Assembly: GCA_964648865.1 (NCBI GenBank)
Contig: CAZYLV010000003.1
Coordinates: 33,731-97,730, forward strand
From: an uncultured Gammaproteobacteria bacterium
Lineage (GTDB): Bacteria > Patescibacteriota > Patescibacteriia > 2-12-FULL-57-11
Direction: 5' to 3'
Length of the DNA stretch: 64,000 bases
Notes under the pieces: model-generated
Told to the model about the DNA's origin: nothing
Database searches by the model: none
What the model saw: the letters and a program-made list of their open reading frames with translations, nothing else
In this document: in pieces, positions 59,503 through 64,000 of the stretch
Layout of the letters: each line of letters starts with the position of its first letter
Numbering within the stretch: the stretch's first letter is position 1
Program-made: the position numbers and the translations under genes

Positions 59503-60097
59503 ATTTCCTACCGACGACCTGGATCCATATCCCTGCGTGGTCGGCGTGAACGATGCGGAAGCCGGCGTCGGAGACGAACTGCCGCATCTCGTCCAGCGTG
59601 TGATAGCTGAAGAAGCGGGTATACGCATACCCATAGTCGTCCTCGGTCTTCTGTTCCTCCTCCGCCTGTCCCGGACGGATGTGTTTGACGGTCACGGAGA
59701 TCAGACCGCCGGGGTTCAGGCGGTCGCGACAGGCGCGCAGGACCCCCAGGACCTCGGACTTCTTGAGGTGCAGGAAGGACGCCCACGCCGTGATGGCGTC
59801 GTACGTCTCAGGCAGCGTCCCGACGTCCCGCATGTCCAGGACCTGGAACGCGATGCCCGGATACTCGCGCTGCGCGATCTCGATCATCTTCTCCGAGATG
59901 TCGACGCCGGTGACGGAAAACCCGCGGTCAGCGAGCCACCGCGCCTTGGTGCCGCCGCCGCAACCGACGTCGAGGACGCGCGCGCCGTCGGGCAGCAGGC
60001 CGACGAGCTTCTCGGCCCAGGCAAACCACCAGTCGTCCTTGAGGTGGTCGCGGTGCCAGTCCTCGGCGATGCGGTCGTAGGTGTCCTTAAGATCCAT
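59501..60097 (-). CDS. Class I SAM-dependent methyltransferase
   Basis: VLDVGCGGG, GVDIS, LDMR, SFLHL, LNPGG. Confidence 0.93.
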   Translation of the reverse strand: MDLKDTYDRIAEDWHRDHLKDDWWFAWAEKLVGLLPDGARVLDVGCGGGTKARWLADRGFSVTGVDISEKMIEIAQREYPGIAFQVLDMRDVGTLPETYDAITAWASFLHLKKSEVLGVLRACRDRLNPGGLISVTVKHIRPGQAEEEQKTEDDYGYAYTRFFSYHTLDEMRQFVSDAGFRIVHADHAGIWIQVVGRK

Positions 60098-60101
60098 ATC
60101 G

Positions 60102-60698
60102 TCACTTGCCGAAGTAATGGGCGTGGCGTTCCTGCACCTGCGCCGCCAACTGCTCGAGGTACGCGAGGAGCTGAGGGTGCCCGGCCATCCTTTCGCGTTT
60201 GTGGGCGAGGAGCCGCTCCAGGGTGAGGCCGTGCTTGCGCCAGATGCGCCCGCCGTCGGCCTCCACGGCCAGCATCGGCTCGAGCTTGTCGAGCGCGTAG
60301 ATGAAGCGGCTCTCGTCGTCGGCGCGCGCCTCGTAGGCGGCGATGGCCTCGTGCAGCTCGGGGAACTCCGCGAACTCCGCACGCAAGCGCGCGGCGGCGG
60401 CATGTTCGCGGTCGGCCTTGGCATCCAACGCGGCGGTGTCTGTGGTGAATGCGAAGACGTCGCCGGCGTAGACCTCCACCAGATCGTGCACCAAGGCGTA
60501 GCGCATCAGCTTGTCCTGGCTGAGCGGGGGCTTGAGCGTCGCGGCCACGTACCATGCGAGCATGGCCAGCGCGTAACTGTGCTCGACGTCGTTCTCCATG
60601 CGCTCCTCGCCGACGACGTAGAGCTCGCGGACCACGCGACGGTACTCCGTGAGCATCCGATAGAAACGCTGGAGCTGCGGCAACCCGACCATAGTCAT
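60102..60698 (-). CDS. HD-domain hydrolase (HD_3, YfbR/HDDC2-like)
   Basis: ENDVEHS, HDLVEVYAGD, DKLEP. Confidence 0.9.
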   Translation of the reverse strand: MTMVGLPQLQRFYRMLTEYRRVVRELYVVGEERMENDVEHSYALAMLAWYVAATLKPPLSQDKLMRYALVHDLVEVYAGDVFAFTTDTAALDAKADREHAAAARLRAEFAEFPELHEAIAAYEARADDESRFIYALDKLEPMLAVEADGGRIWRKHGLTLERLLAHKRERMAGHPQLLAYLEQLAAQVQERHAHYFGK

Positions 60699-60949
60699 GC
60701 TTCCCGCAGCCAGGTGAATCGCGGTCCACGGTACTCGCCCAAGGCGACGTCCTCCAAGAACATCCCGAGCGGCCGGATCCAATAGAGTCCCGGATCGACC
60801 AACGACTGATAGACGACGAACTCCTGTGCCGCATCTTCGCTGCTGCGCCCGACGAAGCGCGCGTGATACATGCCGCCTTTGTAGTGGCGGTAGATGCCGG
60901 GACGGAAGTTTTGAGCGGCCTCGGAAAGCGGCGGAAGCGGCAGCATCAT
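60695..60949 (-). CDS. DUF1653 protein
   Basis: GIYRHYKGG.Y, VVYQSL, WIRP..MF.E, PRF. Confidence 0.9.
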   Translation of the reverse strand: MMLPLPPLSEAAQNFRPGIYRHYKGGMYHARFVGRSSEDAAQEFVVYQSLVDPGLYWIRPLGMFLEDVALGEYRGPRFTWLREA

Positions 60950-60956
60950 GGTTCTT

Positions 60957-61958
60957 TCATTTCCCCTCGCACGTGAAAGCCGCGTGCCAGGCCTCCGTCT
61001 GCAGACCCGCGTCCTTGAAGACCGAATACGGATACCGGTCAGGCAATCGCGCCAAGAGCGCATTATCGTTCTCCTTGAAGAACCATGCGATCGATTTCAC
61101 GTTCGGTATGGAGAGCAAGGATCCGATCAGGCGACCCTGCTCGTCCGACCGGATACCGGATTCCGCGATGAAGATCGGCGCGTCGCCCACGGGGATGCCG
61201 TATCCCTGGAAGCCGTATCCTTCGGGAACGTCGCGGATTTCCGGATACGTGGAGAACGCGAACCCATCCCCCAGCTCGCCCCACTGCGCGACCATCGACT
61301 CCATCATCTCCCTGTCGCCATGGAGCCACGCGTCCTTATAGAACTCCCATTGGATGGTCGGTCCCGCGGAACTCCTGATGTCCTTGAGCAAGGAGATCAG
61401 GTTGCCGAAGTCGTCGGGCGCGGCGGCCGCATACATGTTGATCTCGATCCCCTGCGAGAAGGAATCGGGCGACAGCTTCTTCTGCACGAAAGCGGCCCAG
61501 CGCCTGTACCCCTCGCGTATGGCCTCGTCCGCGAACGTCCGTGCGGGTGCCGGCGTACCGTCCCAATCGGTCGCGATCCCGTCACGGCCGTTGTTCAGCG
61601 GGCTGATCGAGACATGGACCTTACCCGGGAAGTCCCGCGCGTGGACGGCAAGCTGGTCCATCGTCGCCTTGAGATCGGCGTCGGCATCGCAGGCGTCGAG
61701 ATCGGCGCACGCCCGGAGCGCCGACCACGGCACCTTGTCGCCGAAGTGCAGGAGCATGAGGTCGGCGTCCTGGCCGTACGTGGCGATGAACCGCTGGGGG
61801 TCGTTGCTGATGACGGCACCGGGGTAGAACGCGAATCCCATGGCGGGACGCCCGCAGGAGAGCGGCAGGTCCCGATCGTCTCGGGAAAAGGAAAAGGACG
61901 CGACGGCAACGAGCAACGCCACCGCGGATCCCGCGATGAGGAGCGATTTCCTGTTCAT
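60957..61958 (-). CDS. Secreted glycoside-hydrolase-like TIM barrel protein
   Basis: Signal/TM; GIEIN and PIFIAESG resemble clan GH-A catalytic Glu motifs. Confidence 0.6.
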   Translation of the reverse strand: MNRKSLLIAGSAVALLVAVASFSFSRDDRDLPLSCGRPAMGFAFYPGAVISNDPQRFIATYGQDADLMLLHFGDKVPWSALRACADLDACDADADLKATMDQLAVHARDFPGKVHVSISPLNNGRDGIATDWDGTPAPARTFADEAIREGYRRWAAFVQKKLSPDSFSQGIEINMYAAAAPDDFGNLISLLKDIRSSAGPTIQWEFYKDAWLHGDREMMESMVAQWGELGDGFAFSTYPEIRDVPEGYGFQGYGIPVGDAPIFIAESGIRSDEQGRLIGSLLSIPNVKSIAWFFKENDNALLARLPDRYPYSVFKDAGLQTEAWHAAFTCEGK

Positions 61959-61968
61959 GCGACAGGGT

Positions 61969-62550
61969 TCATGCGACTCGGTCGGCGACAACATCATGCA
62001 TCAACCTCCCGAGAAGCGCGAGCGGAAGGCCCGATGTGCTGTCTTCCGTCCCCTCCAACCTGCTCACGAACGCGCGCAGCGGAGGATCCTCATTCCGCAT
62101 CGCGCCTGCACACTCGAGGACACGTCCGATGGCGATCGCCTCCTCGATGACCTCTTCCGGGATGGGGCGGAAGTGAATCCGCGCGACGTCGACGCCTCCC
62201 GCCCTTTTCCTCGTCGCGACATCGGTCACGACCACCGCGCTTACGGTCTCGAGCGGATGCCTCGCGTAGGAGCGGATGAACTCCCTTGCCTGGTCCGCAT
62301 CCTTGGGCTTGCCGCGTATCGCGCCGTCGCAGACGACGACCTGGTCGGCGGTGATGAGCAGCGCCGGCTCCGTGATGCGCCCGAGGAGCGCATCGGCTTT
62401 GGCGTGCGCGACGCGCAAGGCGAGCCGGATGGGATCGGATCCGAGGATCGCCTCTTCTTCGATGTCAGCCGTCACCACCTCAAAACCGTAACCCGCTTCC
62501 CTGAGCACGGACTGCCGCCCCTTCGAACTGGAGCCGAGGACAAGCTTCAT
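61969..62550 (-). CDS. maf: Maf-family nucleoside triphosphate pyrophosphatase
   Basis: LVLGSSS..R, DIEE, A.AKA, LITADQVV, GKP, GLP. Confidence 0.92.
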   Translation of the reverse strand: MKLVLGSSSKGRQSVLREAGYGFEVVTADIEEEAILGSDPIRLALRVAHAKADALLGRITEPALLITADQVVVCDGAIRGKPKDADQAREFIRSYARHPLETVSAVVVTDVATRKRAGGVDVARIHFRPIPEEVIEEAIAIGRVLECAGAMRNEDPPLRAFVSRLEGTEDSTSGLPLALLGRLMHDVVADRVA

Positions 62551-62556
62551 GTCTTT

Positions 62557-62585
62557 CCTGGATTCCGGCCACCGCGGGGATGACA
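62557..62585 (-). repeat. TGTCAT...GAATC small repeat, copy 1
   Basis: Minus strand TGTCATCCCCGCGGTGGCCGGAATCCAGG. Confidence 0.5.
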
Positions 62586-62587
62586 CG

Positions 62588-62730
62588 GCACGGATGCCTC
62601 TCGAAGTCGCTCCAAGCGACCTGCCAAGTTCCGACACGCCCCGAAGCGTACCCGGTGCAAGCTCGTGATGCAACGGGACGATCGTCGTGGCCCTCCGGCC
62701 GTCATCCGATGTCCGCAGGATGTTTGTCAT
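62588..62730 (-). pseudogene. HicA toxin C-terminal remnant
   Basis: TTIVPLHHELAPGTLRGV matches the HicA VP.H..l..GTL motif; frameshifted tail VAWSDFERH; N-terminus (GSH) absent. Confidence 0.6.
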
Positions 62731-62751
62731 CCTGGACGGCGGCGAAGAATC
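62725..62751 (+). repeat. TGTCAT...GAATC small repeat, copy 2
   Basis: TGTCATCCTGGACGGCGGCGAAGAATC; inverted relative to copy 1. Confidence 0.5.
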
Positions 62752-62770
62752 GTGCAAAACGGATCCAAGC

Positions 62771-63199
62771 TCATCGCGCGAGCCGGATGTCGGCGATGTC
62801 CGGCACGGTCAGCCAGGCGTTGGCGTTACCGAAGCCGCGCTTGTCGATGACAAACGGCGGCACGGACTGCGGATCCGCGAGCCGGACGAGCACGGCGTAC
62901 GTGGGCACGGTCGACCAGGTGCGTGCATCCGGGTTCTTGAAACCGATCTCTCCGCCGTACCGTTTGGCGATGGCATCGACCTCCTCCACGTCCTTGAAGG
63001 TGAACTGGAACACCTCGGTGACGGTCGCTTTCGCGGTCACCGGCTTGGCGGCATCCTTGAACCAGACCGTATCCCCTGCCGCGATGCGGTCCCACGGCGT
63101 GCGGCGCGTTTGGTACCAGCGGCTCTCGATGGTCTTCTCGCCCGAGAGGATCTTCGGGATCAGCCGCCAGCGGGGGTTCATGATGGCGACGTGGTGCAT
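62771..63199 (-). CDS. ASCH-domain protein
   Basis: ILSGEKTIESR (GxKxxExR), IAAGDTVWFK. Confidence 0.85.
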   Translation of the reverse strand: MHHVAIMNPRWRLIPKILSGEKTIESRWYQTRRTPWDRIAAGDTVWFKDAAKPVTAKATVTEVFQFTFKDVEEVDAIAKRYGGEIGFKNPDARTWSTVPTYAVLVRLADPQSVPPFVIDKRGFGNANAWLTVPDIADIRLAR

Positions 63200-63214
63200 A
63201 GCCGCACGACATCT

Positions 63215-63706
63215 TTACTTGCGCACGGACTCCAGCCACTCGTTGAACGCGCGGTAGAAGGCGCCGTTCTTCTCCAGGTCCGCGCGGATCTCGTCGGCGT
63301 CGCCCGCCTTATCCATGATTTCCGCGCTCTTCTCGAGCGAGTACGTCTCGCGCACCGGAACGGCGATGGTCGTGTCGGAAACGCCGTCCCAATCGTTGAC
63401 CGCGAAGATGCTCCGCAGTCCAGAATCCCAGGTTGGGTCGACGATCTTCCACGCATCTCCGACCTTCACTTCGAGATAGACATGTGTGGATTCATCCTCG
63501 TGCGGAACAGCTGCGACCGACTCGGGCAACTTCACATCGCTCCAGCGGAACGTGACGACGCGATAACGCGCCTCGACCCCGGCCGCCTTTAACGCCTCAA
63601 GCAGCCGCTTCGCTTTGCCCGAGCAGCAGTCATCCGGTTCCGCCACGGCCAGCGGGATGCGGTATGGGATGTCGCGAATTTCCCGGAACGACAAAACCGT
63701 GTCCAT
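63215..63706 (-). CDS. Transglutaminase-like protein
   Basis: IRDIPY, CSGK, HVYLEV, W..VDPTWD (Cys-His-Asp). Confidence 0.8.
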   Translation of the reverse strand: MDTVLSFREIRDIPYRIPLAVAEPDDCCSGKAKRLLEALKAAGVEARYRVVTFRWSDVKLPESVAAVPHEDESTHVYLEVKVGDAWKIVDPTWDSGLRSIFAVNDWDGVSDTTIAVPVRETYSLEKSAEIMDKAGDADEIRADLEKNGAFYRAFNEWLESVRK

Positions 63707-63708
63707 GT

Positions 63709-64000
63709 TCACGACAGGATACCCGCCTCGACCAGCTTCTGTTTCATCGCGACATATCCGAGATAGCGGTACGAGAGCGTGCTCATCTTGCCCGCGCCCA
63801 TCTCGGCGTAGGTCAGCTCGTGTCCGTCCGGGATGAAGTACGGATCGAACCCCCACGACTCCATCCGTTTGGGGACGAGGGTCCCATGGACGACGCCTTC
63901 CGTGTAGAGAGTCCGTCCGCCGTCACAAAAACCGACGCCGCAGCGGAGGGTAGCGCGCCGGTCCCCCATCTTCATGGCGATGTCGACGGCGCGGTCGTAG
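63709..64000 (-). CDS. HAM1/ITPase non-canonical purine NTP pyrophosphatase, 3' part
   Basis: EG.V.GT, WGFDPYFIPDG..LTYAEM; SYR in place of SHR; runs off the window. Confidence 0.85.
   Translation of the reverse strand, partial: YDRAVDIAMKMGDRRATLRCGVGFCDGGRTLYTEGVVHGTLVPKRMESWGFDPYFIPDGHELTYAEMGAGKMSTLSYRYLGYVAMKQKLVEAGILS

Noticed and set aside
61969-62757. HicA-Maf fusion protein suggested by the ORF track
   Set aside because: The HicA part lacks its N-terminus and is frameshifted; Maf has its own ATG at 62550 with a purine-rich upstream region.

Overview
High-GC bacterial chromosome segment using the standard code; TAG, TGA and TAA all end conserved genes. Gene content and style suggest Patescibacteria/CPR (inference: short AlaRS, RibL-type FAD synthase, stand-alone TraG-like ATPase locus, no biosynthetic genes). 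It is mostly housekeeping: atpH(3')-A-G-D-C, UvrD-nuclease, mreBCD-mrdA, greA-lysS-serS-alr-ddl-ftsQ, gltX, CIRCE-clpB, priA-def-fmt, a Wzx/GT glycan cluster, the infA-rpmJ-rpsMKD-rpoA-rplQM-rpsI operon, alaS, mnmA and secDF, followed by an accessory nucleotide-housecleaning cluster at the right end. Most unusual signals: (i) seven small loci carrying eight ORFan or degenerate genes, most with their own -35/-10 promoter, GGAG(G) RBS and terminator, dropped between or inside core operons, while core operon leaders appear leaderless; (ii) an in-frame TagA/WecG-GluRS fusion; (iii) SecD carrying a circularly permuted parvulin; (iv) an in-frame TAG at a conserved Lys in clpB; (v) a dif-like 11-6-11 site; (vi) RpoA without alpha-CTD; (vii) REP-like palindromes, one translated inside ddl; (viii) a candidate sRNA opposite secD. 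No CRISPR, tRNA, rRNA or transposase was seen. All calls come from motif recognition by eye; no searches were run.
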